Source: a virus
Strand: one strand, 5' to 3'
IMG/VR virus record: IMGVR_UViG_3300029915_000005
Length of the DNA stretch: 64,000 bases
Position numbers and translations under genes: made by a program. The first letter of the stretch is position 1. Every line of letters begins with the position of its first letter. Below are positions 9,398-19,880 of this stretch, piece by piece. Under the pieces are notes generated by a model. That model did no database searches. It was not told the origin of the DNA and was given only the letters and a program-made list of their open reading frames with translations.

Positions 9398-12067
9398 ATG
9401 TCATATATATCAGCAATACAAAACAAAAAAACTAATTGCATAGATGTTGCGGAGAGAGTTAATGGAAAAAGGATATTTAATACATATCCTGTGGATTATT
9501 CTTTTTATATAGATGATCCAAATGGAAATCACAAAACAATTTATAATACTCCTGTAACTAAGATAATTCCGAAATCTAGTAGTGAATTTTATAAAGAACT
9601 TGCTATTTTAAAAGGAAAAAAACTTTGGGAGAGCGATCTAAATTTAGTTTTTAAATGTCTTTCTTCTAATTATAAAAGCAAACCAGCGCCAGATTTAAAT
9701 ATTTGCTTTATTGATATTGAATGCGATTTTGATCAAGAAAAAAGCGGTTATGCTCCAATTGAAGATCCTTTTAATATAATAACATCAATTACTTTGAAAT
9801 TAGAATGGTTAAATCAATTAGTTACATTGGCAGTTCCACCTAAAACAATTTCATTTGAAAAAGCACAAAAAATAGCTGAGAAATTTGAAAATACTTTTGT
9901 TTTTGAATCTGAAATTGAAATGCTCAACACAACATTGGATTTAATTCAAGATGCTGATATTTTGAGTGGTTGGAATTCTGAAGGATTTGACTTACCGTAT
10001 TTGATTAATCGAGTTGCCAGAATTATGAGCATCAACGATACGAGAAGATTTTGTTTTTGGAATGAAAAACCCAAAGCATCAAAAGTAGAAAAATATGGAA
10101 AAGAAATTAACACGTATGAGTTAGTTGGAAGAGTTCATATTGATCTTTTGGATTTATATAGAAAATATACATATGAAGAGCGCCACAGTTATAGTTTAAA
10201 TGCCATTGCTGAATATGAATTAGGAAAAAGTAAAACTGTTTATTCTGGTTCGTTGGATTCATTATATAATAATGATTTTGAAAAATTTATCGAATATAAT
10301 AGGCAAGATGTAATTCTTTTATCAGAATTAGAAGAAAAATTAAAATTCATTTTATTATTAAATGAAGTGGCGCATGACACAACAACTTTATTGCCAACTT
10401 GTTTGGGGACTGTTGCGACTTTTGATCAAGCAGTTGTTAATAGGGCTCATGAATTAGGATTGGTTGTTCCAAATAAAGGGAAATATATTGGTTCAAGTGA
10501 AGATCGTGGAATTGTTGGGGCTTATGTAGCTGATCCTAAAGTTGGAATGCACGAATGGATTGGGGTAATTGATATTAATAGTCTGTATCCCTCTGCATTG
10601 CGGGCAATGAATATGGGAATTGAAACCATTGTTGGCCAGTTACGTCCAGTTATAACAGATAATTATATTCAAGATAAATTTAAGAAAGTTTCAAATATGA
10701 CCTATGCTCATGCTTGGGAAGAACAATTTAGTTCTCTGGAATATCAAGCAGTAATGGACCAAAAATCAGGAATAGATATTACTATTGATTGGGAAGATTC
10801 AGGAAAAAGCGATACTATAACAGCAAAACAATGTTATGATTTGATTTTCAATAGTGATCAAAAATGGATGTTAAGCGCAAATGGTACAATTTTTACATAT
10901 GAAAGAGATGCTATAGTTCCAGGTCTTTTCGCTCACTGGTATAAAATTAGAAAAGAATATCAAAAAATTAAAGCAGAGTCAATCGTTCCAAGCGAAAAAA
11001 TATATTATGATAGATTGCAACATGTAAAAAAAATTCAACTTAATTCTGGATATGGGGCAATATCTAACCCAGCATCTAGATTTAGTGATAATAGGGTTGG
11101 ACAAAGTATTACGTTATCTGGTAGAACAATTTGTAAACATATGAATTCTTTTATTAATGAATGTATAACTGGAGAGTATAATTATAAAGGTGATGCAATA
11201 TGCTACGCTGATACTGATTCAAGCAATTTTTCAGCATGGCCAATAATGAAACCATTAGTTGCTGCTGGCCATACAGAGTGGAATAAAGAAATAGCAGTGC
11301 AACTTTATTTGGCAATTGGAGATAAAGTAAATGAATCATTCCAATCATTTATGGAGAAAGCATTTAATTGTCCAGAAAAATATGGGTCTTTAATTAAAGC
11401 AGTATGTGAATCTGTTGGTTATCGCGGAATTTATATGACAAAAAAACGTTATGCAATTTTAAATATGTTTAAAGATGGAAACTGGTATGATGATGACCAT
11501 CTTAAACTAAAAGCAATGGGATTGGATTTAAGACGTAGCGATACTCCAGAGATTTGCCAAAAATTTCTTACTGAAATTCTTTTAGATTTGCTGAAAGATG
11601 GCAGTGAAGAAATACTAATTCAAAAAATTAATAATTTTAGAAACAAATTTAAGAATTTGCCATTATGGGAACAAGGTACACCAAAGAGAGTCAATAATTT
11701 GACGATGTATACTGCTCAAGTTAAATCAGGAAAAGGAAGCAGAGTCCCAGGTCATGCAAGAGCAGCGATAAATTGGAATAATTTACGGGAAATGAATAAT
11801 GATAATATCCATACTCGCATAACAGATGGAATGAAATGTGTGGTAGTTCAGCTTAAAAATAATATTTTGGGGATGACTTCTGTAGCATATCCCATTGATG
11901 AAGCTCATTTGCCTGATTGGTTTACTAAACTTCCTATTGATTCTGATTCTGCGTTAGCTTCAGTGGTTGATAAAAAAATAGAAAATCTTCTTGGAAAACT
12001 ACCAAGTTGGGAAAGAATTAAAAAAGCAACTCAGCAACACACTACTTTTGAGGATTTCTTTTCATAA
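9398..12067 (+). CDS. gp43: Family B DNA polymerase (gp43-like)
   Basis: Exo DIE, SGWNSEGFDLPY, YNRQDV; pol DINSLYPS, KIQLNSGYG, YADTDS, KKRYA. Confidence 0.95.
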   Translation: MSYISAIQNKKTNCIDVAERVNGKRIFNTYPVDYSFYIDDPNGNHKTIYNTPVTKIIPKSSSEFYKELAILKGKKLWESDLNLVFKCLSSNYKSKPAPDLNICFIDIECDFDQEKSGYAPIEDPFNIITSITLKLEWLNQLVTLAVPPKTISFEKAQKIAEKFENTFVFESEIEMLNTTLDLIQDADILSGWNSEGFDLPYLINRVARIMSINDTRRFCFWNEKPKASKVEKYGKEINTYELVGRVHIDLLDLYRKYTYEERHSYSLNAIAEYELGKSKTVYSGSLDSLYNNDFEKFIEYNRQDVILLSELEEKLKFILLLNEVAHDTTTLLPTCLGTVATFDQAVVNRAHELGLVVPNKGKYIGSSEDRGIVGAYVADPKVGMHEWIGVIDINSLYPSALRAMNMGIETIVGQLRPVITDNYIQDKFKKVSNMTYAHAWEEQFSSLEYQAVMDQKSGIDITIDWEDSGKSDTITAKQCYDLIFNSDQKWMLSANGTIFTYERDAIVPGLFAHWYKIRKEYQKIKAESIVPSEKIYYDRLQHVKKIQLNSGYGAISNPASRFSDNRVGQSITLSGRTICKHMNSFINECITGEYNYKGDAICYADTDSSNFSAWPIMKPLVAAGHTEWNKEIAVQLYLAIGDKVNESFQSFMEKAFNCPEKYGSLIKAVCESVGYRGIYMTKKRYAILNMFKDGNWYDDDHLKLKAMGLDLRRSDTPEICQKFLTEILLDLLKDGSEEILIQKINNFRNKFKNLPLWEQGTPKRVNNLTMYTAQVKSGKGSRVPGHARAAINWNNLREMNNDNIHTRITDGMKCVVVQLKNNILGMTSVAYPIDEAHLPDWFTKLPIDSDSALASVVDKKIENLLGKLPSWERIKKATQQHTTFEDFFS

Positions 12068-12139
12068 TTTCATTGACATTTCTGCCAAATAAACATATAA
12101 TTAAAACATAGAATTTATATAAATAATAAAGGAAAAATT

Positions 12140-12862
12140 ATGATTGATGCATTAAAAGAAATATTGGAATATACAAATGGTTTGGGTTTTCTCGAACTAG
12201 TTAAAGTTACAGGGACTGATACAACAACTGAATTAAATAGCATTGCTGCTGATCAATCAGTGGTTTTGAATTCACAATTTATTAAACCAGTTTCTGAATT
12301 GGAAGGTGTTTTTGGGTTGCATGACCTTGGTAGATTGAACACAATTCTATCCATTCCTGAATATAAATCAAATGCATTTATTCAGATAACTAAAACAAAT
12401 GATGTTCCAGTTGGAATTTCATTTCAAAATGCTAATCGAGATTTCAGAAATGACTATCGATTTATGAGCAAAGAAGTAATTGAAACTCAAATTCCCACAA
12501 AAATTAGAAAGAATATCAATTGGGATGTTTCTTTTGTTCCGACGCAGAATGCTATTCAGAAATTAAAATTTCAGTCGCAAGCAGCAGGTGCTACAGAAGG
12601 GACATTTAATGCTAAGGTTGACAAGAATAATTTGTATTTTTCAATTGGCGATCATAGTACTCATACTGGCGAATTTGTATTTTCTTCTGGTATTCCTGGA
12701 AAACTAAATACTCCCCGAGATTGGCCACTTTCTCACGTTCAAGGGATTTTGAATCTCACTGGCGACAAAGTTATGAAGATTTCAGATGCTGGTGCAATGC
12801 AAATTACAGTAACGAGCGGTTTGGCAGTCCATCAATACACAATTCTTGCATCTTGCAAGTAA
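12140..12862 (+). CDS. Sliding clamp (gp45-like)
   Basis: 240 aa immediately after polymerase; alternating beta/alpha pattern, NDYRFM. Confidence 0.65.
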   Translation: MIDALKEILEYTNGLGFLELVKVTGTDTTTELNSIAADQSVVLNSQFIKPVSELEGVFGLHDLGRLNTILSIPEYKSNAFIQITKTNDVPVGISFQNANRDFRNDYRFMSKEVIETQIPTKIRKNINWDVSFVPTQNAIQKLKFQSQAAGATEGTFNAKVDKNNLYFSIGDHSTHTGEFVFSSGIPGKLNTPRDWPLSHVQGILNLTGDKVMKISDAGAMQITVTSGLAVHQYTILASCK

Positions 12863-12922
12863 ATGAGGTAACTATGGAACTACTTGTATTGGGATCCAAA
12901 AGATAGTAACTAGGAGAATATT

Positions 12923-14443
12923 TTGAATCAGGAAAAATTACCGCAGCATGATATGTGGCAAGAACAACTTGATTCAAATGGATTGAGTAAATGGGCAGCA
13001 TATCTTCCATCAGTGAGTAATTATTTCAGTGCATTTGTTGGACGACAAAGAGCTATGCAAAAGCACTTTGTCGATCCAGCAAGAATTCCTATTAATTTTG
13101 AAAATGGCATTGAAGGTCTTAATTGGACTAATAAGAATTTAGGATATTTTTATTATAAACCAAATCTTTTTAGTGCTGGTAATGCAAATTTAGATATTAA
13201 TAAATATGATTCTAAAGAATTAATGTTGCGAGATAGAGATAAAAAACAGAGTTTTGTTCTGGCAGATTCTGGTGGATTCCAAATAGCAAAGGGTAGTTGG
13301 GAAGCAGATTGGAAGGACATAAACTGCCCCAAAGCTAAAGAAAAGAGAGAGAAAGTTTTATCTTGGATGGAAGCTTATGCAGATTATGGTATTATTTTAG
13401 ATATTCCTTCATGGACTTGCTCTTCAGAAAAAAGCAGAAAAGCAACAGGAATTAATTCTATTAATGATGCAACTGTTGCAACTTTGATTAATAATGAGTA
13501 TTTTATAAAAAATAGGACTGGAGAATGCAAACTACTTAATGTTCTTCAAGGAAGTAATCATACTGAATCTGATAATTGGTATGGTATTATGAAGAAATTT
13601 TGCGATCCAAAACAATATAGCAATCATTTTGATGGTTGGTCGTTCGCAAGTCAAAATGCTTGGGAACCGCATTTGGCATTGAAAAGATTGGTTGATTGCC
13701 GATTTGATGGATTATTAGAACCTGGAGTTCATGATTGGGTGCATTTTCTTGGAAATTCTGATTTAGAATGGTCTTTGTTGCTGTCAGATATTCAAAGATC
13801 AATTAGAAAATATCACAATCCCAAATTAACAATTAGTTATGATTGTGCCACGCCGTTTTTAACGGCTGGATTTGGCGGAATATATTATGATACTATAGGT
13901 AAAGATAAAGATCATTGGACTTTTTCAGTTGCTAAAGGAATCGAAGGTAAAAAATATTCAACTGACTATCGATCATTAAAAGAGGTTGGAGAACAAGATG
14001 GTTATTATTCTAAGTTTGAAGATAGCCCAATTAGTGCAAGACTTAAAATTAGTGATGTGTGTTTTCACGGACCAAAATCACTAAATAAATCAGGAAAAGT
14101 ATCTAAAAATAGTTGGGACTCATTTTCATATGCTTTAATTCAAGCACACAATGTTTGGGAGCATATTGAAACTATACATTGTGCAAATAAAAAATATGAT
14201 AGTGGTATTTTTCCAGCAGTAATGACTACTTTAACCAGTAATAAAAAAAATGGGTCCATTCTTTATTATGATAAATTATTTTGTAGTGATATCATAGACA
14301 GTATTTTTCAAACAAGTCATTATGATGAAGCTATGAAATTAATAGATGATTATGATCGATATTGGATGTGCTTTCGTGGTCGTGGGAAGTGCGGATTAAA
14401 ATCTAAAAATTCACAAACTACTTTTAATAAGATATTTTATTAA
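12923..14443 (+). CDS. TGT-fold 7-deazaguanine DNA transglycosylase (DpdA-like)
   Basis: LADSGGFQI, ILDIP, NVLQG, WVHFLG, ISYDCATPF; next to folE and queE. Confidence 0.75.
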   Translation: MNQEKLPQHDMWQEQLDSNGLSKWAAYLPSVSNYFSAFVGRQRAMQKHFVDPARIPINFENGIEGLNWTNKNLGYFYYKPNLFSAGNANLDINKYDSKELMLRDRDKKQSFVLADSGGFQIAKGSWEADWKDINCPKAKEKREKVLSWMEAYADYGIILDIPSWTCSSEKSRKATGINSINDATVATLINNEYFIKNRTGECKLLNVLQGSNHTESDNWYGIMKKFCDPKQYSNHFDGWSFASQNAWEPHLALKRLVDCRFDGLLEPGVHDWVHFLGNSDLEWSLLLSDIQRSIRKYHNPKLTISYDCATPFLTAGFGGIYYDTIGKDKDHWTFSVAKGIEGKKYSTDYRSLKEVGEQDGYYSKFEDSPISARLKISDVCFHGPKSLNKSGKVSKNSWDSFSYALIQAHNVWEHIETIHCANKKYDSGIFPAVMTTLTSNKKNGSILYYDKLFCSDIIDSIFQTSHYDEAMKLIDDYDRYWMCFRGRGKCGLKSKNSQTTFNKIFY

Positions 14444-14552
14444 AAAATTTCTTAATACGTTTTTCTATTTTATTTTTATTACAATAAGAAATGATTAATA
14501 TTGGAATTTTATTGGCTCTTTCTATGAAATATTCCGTTGTATAAATAAACAT
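14424..14552 (-). pseudogene. Internally deleted homing endonuclease remnant (42 aa)
   Basis: MFIYTTEYFIERANKI joined to IPILIISYCNKNKIEKRIKKFF, i.e. the N-terminal repeat start and C-terminus of the 8201-9349 family. Confidence 0.6.
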
Positions 14553-14620
14553 ATGCTGATGTTCTCCTATCGAACGTTAGAGTCAGTAGATGTTCTCGCA
14601 TCGTGGCTGGCATTATTTAT
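14541..14620 (-). ncRNA. Structured leader element, copy A
   Basis: ATAAATA-at-GCCAG-CCAC-GATG(cgagaa)CATC-TA-CTGAC-TCTAA-c-GTTC(gatagga)GAAC-a-TCAGC-at-ATG-tt-TATTTAT. Confidence 0.7.
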
Positions 14621-14672
14621 GCTTGACTTTGATAAGTTTCTTTGATAATATTAGATATAAGGAAAAATAATA

Positions 14673-15347
14673 ATGAGCGAAGGAAAAGCTGATCCATTGT
14701 TGGGAATGATTATTAAAAAAATTCTGCAAGAAAAAGGTGTGGAAACTCCTACGTCAGATTCTTCTATTTTTAATAGTGATTATCAAAAAATTGAATCAAT
14801 AGAAATAAATTTTCGTAATATAATGAAGATGTTGAACTTAGATTTATCTGATGATAGTTTGAAAGAAACTCCCAGAAGATTTGCTAAAATGTTAGTGTAT
14901 GAAACAATGTGGGGATTGGACTATAATAATTTTCCAAAATGTACAACTGTCGAAAATAGGATGCTATATGACGAAATGGTAACAGTAAAAGATATAACAG
15001 TTCATTCAGTTTGTGAACATCATTTCCAAAATTTTGATGGATATGCAACCATTGCTTATATACCACATAATAAGATTTTGGGATTGAGTAAATTTCCTAG
15101 AATTGTTGATTTCTTTTCTAGAAGACCACAAATTCAAGAGAGATTAACAGAACAAATATTTTATGCTCTTAACTACATTTTAGAAACAGACAATATTGCT
15201 GTAGCAATAAATGCAGAGCATTCATGTGTTCGCAATCGCGGTATTCGTGACCAAAATAGTAGTACCATTACTTCTAGACTGGGTGGAGTATTTAAAGAGA
15301 ACCCTAGCGCTAAAGCAGAATTTATGGCATTTTTTAATTCTAAATAA
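14673..15347 (+). CDS. folE: GTP cyclohydrolase I
   Basis: ETPRR, SVCEHH, GLSKFPRIV, RRPQIQERLT, HSCVRNRG. Confidence 0.95.
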   Translation: MSEGKADPLLGMIIKKILQEKGVETPTSDSSIFNSDYQKIESIEINFRNIMKMLNLDLSDDSLKETPRRFAKMLVYETMWGLDYNNFPKCTTVENRMLYDEMVTVKDITVHSVCEHHFQNFDGYATIAYIPHNKILGLSKFPRIVDFFSRRPQIQERLTEQIFYALNYILETDNIAVAINAEHSCVRNRGIRDQNSSTITSRLGGVFKENPSAKAEFMAFFNSK

Positions 15348-15411
15348 ATGCTTGACTGATAGCAAAGACTATCTGGTGGAGGCAATCACATTAAATCGTG
15401 ATGTCCTAAAT

Positions 15412-15440
15412 AAAAGGGAATGAGTAACACATTCCCTTTT
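15412..15440 (+). terminator. Intrinsic terminator
   Basis: AAAAGGGAATG-agtaaca-CATTCCCTTTT. Confidence 0.7.
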
Positions 15441-15459
15441 AATTGGAGAAAATATAGTT

Positions 15460-15624
15460 ATGTATCATACTTTGTATTATTTGTTTTCTAAACCAGCCAA
15501 AGGAGTAAGTTTATGGACTGCATTTTGGTGTCGTTTAAAAGGGCATTCGTGTGGAGTTATTTTGTTTACTAGCAATTTTGAACCAGATATGCGTTGTAAA
15601 AATTGCAATGATGATTTAGGATAA
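15460..15624 (+). CDS. Small Cys/His hypothetical protein (54 aa)
   Basis: GGAG RBS; WCRLKGH...RCKNC. Confidence 0.5.
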   Translation: MYHTLYYLFSKPAKGVSLWTAFWCRLKGHSCGVILFTSNFEPDMRCKNCNDDLG

Positions 15625-15627
15625 ATT

Positions 15628-15987
15628 ATGTTGAATGAAAAATTTAATCTAAAAAACGATCTGAAAAATAGTGCATATATAAAAGAGAAAATTAAAGATG
15701 ATAATTATGCTCAAAATTTATATGCTGCATTAATATGCAAATGGCAACCATTGGATATTGAGTCTATATTAGTTGGTGAATATTGGTCAACTTCATGGAG
15801 AGGTTCAGGATCAGTGGTTGCTGAATTGAGAGATTGCGGCGAAACTTATATAAATTATTATTGTTCTGGAATGGGTTCTGACGACATTATTAAATTACGA
15901 TATCCAAAGTTTGTTAATGAAGAAGTGGTTACTGATGAAATTAGAACTGATTTATTAAAGCTGGGATGGAAGCAACTAAAGGATTAA
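15628..15987 (+). CDS. Hypothetical phage protein
   Basis: YAQNLYAAL..WSTSWRGSG..YYCSG; operon spacing. Confidence 0.6.
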   Translation: MLNEKFNLKNDLKNSAYIKEKIKDDNYAQNLYAALICKWQPLDIESILVGEYWSTSWRGSGSVVAELRDCGETYINYYCSGMGSDDIIKLRYPKFVNEEVVTDEIRTDLLKLGWKQLKD

Positions 15988-15988
15988 T

Positions 15989-16387
15989 ATGACAAGTTGG
16001 CATTTTGGTGGTAATTGTTACTTTAAATATCGTTCAGGATCGATTTATTTAATTGATCGACCATGGTGGTTAGCATTGGTTGTATGGTTCAGTGATGAAA
16101 TTCTTGGAAGAATATGCGATTTATTGATGTGTATTCCTCTTCCCAAATATGGAAGAATAGTAGAGCAAGGCCAAGTTTTCACGATTAAAGAATATTATGG
16201 AACAGTTGGTGATTTATTCCATATTTATATTCATGATCCAGTATTTACTTGGTGTTGGACACATAAAAAGAAAAAAGAAATTATAGTTGACGTTGGATAT
16301 GATAAATTAAAAGAATTATTCAATGACTATGATGGCAAGTATTTTAAAGATATAGAAGATAGACATAAGGAATATGATGGCAATTAA
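15989..16387 (+). CDS. Hypothetical protein
   Basis: RBS and tight operon spacing. Confidence 0.55.
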   Translation: MTSWHFGGNCYFKYRSGSIYLIDRPWWLALVVWFSDEILGRICDLLMCIPLPKYGRIVEQGQVFTIKEYYGTVGDLFHIYIHDPVFTWCWTHKKKKEIIVDVGYDKLKELFNDYDGKYFKDIEDRHKEYDGN

Positions 16388-17243
16388 AATAGCAGAAATT
16401 TTTGGTGGTAATAAAAAAGGTGGAACAATTCAAGGCGAAGGATATAGTGGAACTCCTAGTGTATTCGTTCGTGTTTTTGGGTGCAACAAAACTTGTGCTG
16501 GATTTAATATGCCACTGGGAGAAAAAAGCACAGAAAGATTTCAAGTTGATCCAACCAAATATACTGATTTTAAGCAATTACCAATATTAAATTTTGGATG
16601 CGATTCTTACAGTTCTTGGGACCCTCGTTTTAAAGATTTAAGTCCAGAACAAACCATAGAACAAATAGTTGATAGAATTCAAAATTTGCTTAGAGATGGA
16701 AAATTCAATCAGGATTGCCATTTGATTTTAACTGGCGGAGAACCCTTACTTGGATGGCAAAAGCAGTATCCAGAGTTATTAAAAGAAATTTATAATAGAA
16801 ATATGAATCTCACTGATCTTACTTTTGAAACTAACGGAACAAAGAAAATTTCCAGTGAATTAAGAAGAGGATTATGTGATTGCTATAATTTTCATCATTT
16901 AAATACATTATTTTCAGTTAGTGCAAAATTGCCTTGTTCTGGAGAAACTTGGGAATCATCTATTTTACCAGAAGTAGTGATGGATTATACAACTATTCCA
17001 GGAAGTAAAGTTTATTTGAAATTTGTGGTTTCTAATGATGAAGATTTGAATGATGTAAAACAAGCAGAAAAAGAATATAGAGATGCTGGATTCAAAGGAT
17101 CTATATATTTGATGGCAGAAGGATCAAATAATGTAAATAATTCTCATAATGCTACAAAAGTAGCAGAAATGGCAATTGAAAATGGTTATAGATATTCACC
17201 AAGATTACAATGTTCTTTGTGGAATAACAAGTGGGGATTTTGA
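16374..17243 (+). CDS. queE: 7-carboxy-7-deazaguanine synthase (radical SAM)
   Basis: TIQGEG..G.PSVFVR.FGCNKTC...GCDS, LTGGEPL, FETNGT, YSPRLQ. Confidence 0.9.
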   Translation: MMAIKIAEIFGGNKKGGTIQGEGYSGTPSVFVRVFGCNKTCAGFNMPLGEKSTERFQVDPTKYTDFKQLPILNFGCDSYSSWDPRFKDLSPEQTIEQIVDRIQNLLRDGKFNQDCHLILTGGEPLLGWQKQYPELLKEIYNRNMNLTDLTFETNGTKKISSELRRGLCDCYNFHHLNTLFSVSAKLPCSGETWESSILPEVVMDYTTIPGSKVYLKFVVSNDEDLNDVKQAEKEYRDAGFKGSIYLMAEGSNNVNNSHNATKVAEMAIENGYRYSPRLQCSLWNNKWGF

Positions 17244-17320
17244 TTAATGCAAACATTGTAATGAGAACACAATAAAAGATGATGGATATAATTTAATAAC
17301 TAAGGGGAAATAATAGAAAT

Positions 17321-17527
17321 ATGGACGAAATTAAATTAGTGACTCTTGAAGAATGGAACAAGATGCCCCCAAAAACACAAGGCTATGTGTTTTATATGCA
17401 AGCTGAATGGCCAGAAAGTGAATTAAAATCAAAATCTAATCCATATGAGAAAAAATCAAAAGAATTTAATTTATTTGAAGAAGGCGAAGAAAGAGCTTAT
17501 ATTGATGTATTGGATATGGAGGAATAA
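17321..17527 (+). CDS. Hypothetical protein
   Basis: ORF with RBS. Confidence 0.5.
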   Translation: MDEIKLVTLEEWNKMPPKTQGYVFYMQAEWPESELKSKSNPYEKKSKEFNLFEEGEERAYIDVLDMEE

Positions 17528-17881
17528 ATGAATTTTATAAAGAAATTTTTTGAAAGAAGAAAATCTAGAAAAGAACAAAAATCAGCGAAAGAAACTGCGA
17601 CACTAAATCATGAGCCATGGGTTGATATAATTGGATTTAATATCGATCCTAATAATTTATCGGATGGCGCATTTGATTTAGATTGGAATGATGTATTTCT
17701 GGCCAAATTAGTAAAAGCTGGATATAGGGGAAGAAACGATCATGCAATAGTAGAACAATGGTTTAATGATATTTGTAGATCAGTTATTACTGAAGAATAT
17801 GAGCAAGAAACTGCTGACCCAGATAAAAGAAAAATTATCAAAAGAAAGCAATTAGAAGATGGCAGAACTGAACATTCATAA
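17528..17881 (+). CDS. Hypothetical phage protein
   Basis: EPWV..GAFDLDWND.F...L..AGY. Confidence 0.6.
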   Translation: MNFIKKFFERRKSRKEQKSAKETATLNHEPWVDIIGFNIDPNNLSDGAFDLDWNDVFLAKLVKAGYRGRNDHAIVEQWFNDICRSVITEEYEQETADPDKRKIIKRKQLEDGRTEHS

Positions 17882-17889
17882 AGGAAATA

Positions 17890-18339
17890 ATGAAAATAAT
17901 TATTATTGTTATGTCAATAATGTTATTCTTAGCATTGGGAATTTTCATACAATTTTATGTGGGAATTATTCCAAATAAAAAAACTGATTTATTGCCAGAT
18001 AATCCAACAATTGTAAGCATAAATGGAAAACAATGGTATATATGGAACGTAGATGATTTAGGTCAAGGATTTTTCGATCATCTAAAAGATAGAAAAGCAG
18101 TAGCAGCTACAGATTGTGAAAATTTTCAAATAATATATTCATATACTTTGGGTCATAGGGATTTGAGAAATACATTATGGCATGAAATTTTTCATGCTGG
18201 AGCTTGCCCGCATGATGCTTCTTATTGGAACAGCAAGAGTGATAAAGATGAAGAGCACGAAGGAATACAACATCTTGCAGATTTTATAGAAAATTTCACA
18301 AGAGCAAATCCAGAATTTACGAAATGGGAGATGCAATGA
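17890..18339 (+). CDS. Membrane-anchored HExxH metallopeptidase-like protein
   Basis: N-terminal TM helix; TLWHEIFHA...EE. Confidence 0.55.
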   Translation: MKIIIIVMSIMLFLALGIFIQFYVGIIPNKKTDLLPDNPTIVSINGKQWYIWNVDDLGQGFFDHLKDRKAVAATDCENFQIIYSYTLGHRDLRNTLWHEIFHAGACPHDASYWNSKSDKDEEHEGIQHLADFIENFTRANPEFTKWEMQ

Positions 18340-18508
18340 ATACATTAAGAAATATTATTCTTATATAAGATTTGGGTGCAAAGTGCATGAACATCATTTT
18401 ATTCATGCTGGTTCTAATACTTTCAGGTGTGATATTAAATGATGTATTGCTTTGTATTGTGAGCAAAATTGGACTTAATTTCTTGACAAGGATAAAGGAT
18501 CATAGTTT

Positions 18509-19495
18509 ATGAATAAATTTTTATTGATCGATAGTAATCATCTCTTGCATCGGGTAAAACATATGATTAAAGGTACGCCAGAAGAAATAGTTGGCATGTC
18601 TTTACATATGCTATTTGCGAGTATTGGTAAAATTTGGCGGGTTCGATCTGGTACACATTTAGTGTTCTCATTTGATGGCAACAGTTGGAGAAAAAGTGTA
18701 TATCCCCCATATAAAAGAAATAGAGCAGAAGCTAAAAAAAAATGTACTCCAAAAGAGCAAGAATTAGATCAATTGTTTTTTGATGCTTTTGATATTTTTC
18801 AGAAATTTATTACAGAAAAAACCAACTGCACAGTATTATATAATCCTATTTTGGAAACAGACGATAATTTTTCAGGTTTCATTCAGGCACACCCAAATGA
18901 CTATCATATTATTGTAAGCAGCGATAAAGATTTTGAACAATTGCTTGCACCCAATGTAATTATGTATAACGGAATTGCAGACCAAACAATAACAACTCAA
19001 GGAGTGTTTGATTATAAAGGAAATGTAGTTAAAGATAAAAAGACCAATCTTCCAAAAGTTCCCCCAGACCCAGAATGGTCAGTATTTGAGAAAGCAGTTC
19101 GTGGGTGTACTACTGATAACATATTCAGTAGTTTTCCAGGAATTCGAGAAAAAGGAAGCAAAACAAAAGTTGGTTTGCGAGAAGCATTTGAAGATAGATA
19201 TAAACAAGGATTTGCATGGTCCTCAATGATGATGACGAGATGGCTAGATCATAATGGAATTGAACACAAAGTTTTGGATGATTATAATAGGAATGTTGGA
19301 TTGGTTAATCTTACTATGCAACCAGATCATATTAAAGAATTAATATTTGAGACTATTGCTGATGCGTGCGTTCCAAAGAATCGTTCGAGTATTGGAATAT
19401 TTTTTCTAAAGTTTTGCGGAAAATACGAACTAACCAAAATTAGCGATCAAGCAAATTATTTTTCGCAATTATTGAGTGCTTCATATCCAGAATAA
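18509..19495 (+). CDS. rnh: RNase H / 5'-3' exonuclease (T4 rnh-like)
   Basis: LLIDSN, FDG.SWRK..YP.YK.NR, ETDD, SSDKDF.QL, DNI. Confidence 0.85.
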   Translation: MNKFLLIDSNHLLHRVKHMIKGTPEEIVGMSLHMLFASIGKIWRVRSGTHLVFSFDGNSWRKSVYPPYKRNRAEAKKKCTPKEQELDQLFFDAFDIFQKFITEKTNCTVLYNPILETDDNFSGFIQAHPNDYHIIVSSDKDFEQLLAPNVIMYNGIADQTITTQGVFDYKGNVVKDKKTNLPKVPPDPEWSVFEKAVRGCTTDNIFSSFPGIREKGSKTKVGLREAFEDRYKQGFAWSSMMMTRWLDHNGIEHKVLDDYNRNVGLVNLTMQPDHIKELIFETIADACVPKNRSSIGIFFLKFCGKYELTKISDQANYFSQLLSASYPE

Positions 19496-19499
19496 ATAA

Positions 19500-19880
19500 T
19501 TGATGCTAACAAAACTACAATGGGAAGTAAAAATATATCAAGACTATCGTGATATTTATAAAATGGAACTTCCTATTTTAGATAATTTAAGTTGGTGGAT
19601 TAAAGGAAAAGGAATGCATCTAACAGCAGATGGATTTTTTAGATTTAATCAAGTAAAAATAGAATTTTATAAATTTGAAATAGATTATAATACTATATGG
19701 TCTGGATCAATAGTATTGGGATTGGCAAAAATGCCTTGCCCATATTATTGTGATCATAATAAAAATCAAAAGTCTTCTCTATTATATATAGTCGAACAAC
19801 AATATGCTGTTTTATTGAAAATGTTAGATTTGGACTTAAATACTTTTACAAAGGAATTTATTAAAAATGAAATCGTTTAG
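19500..19880 (+). CDS. Hypothetical protein
   Basis: ORF in operon. Confidence 0.5.
   Translation: MMLTKLQWEVKIYQDYRDIYKMELPILDNLSWWIKGKGMHLTADGFFRFNQVKIEFYKFEIDYNTIWSGSIVLGLAKMPCPYYCDHNKNQKSSLLYIVEQQYAVLLKMLDLDLNTFTKEFIKNEIV

Noticed and set aside
14541-14620. preQ1 or other riboswitch controlling folE
   Set aside because: The element is oriented away from folE, does not fit the preQ1 consensus as I recall it, and recurs at loci unrelated to queuosine
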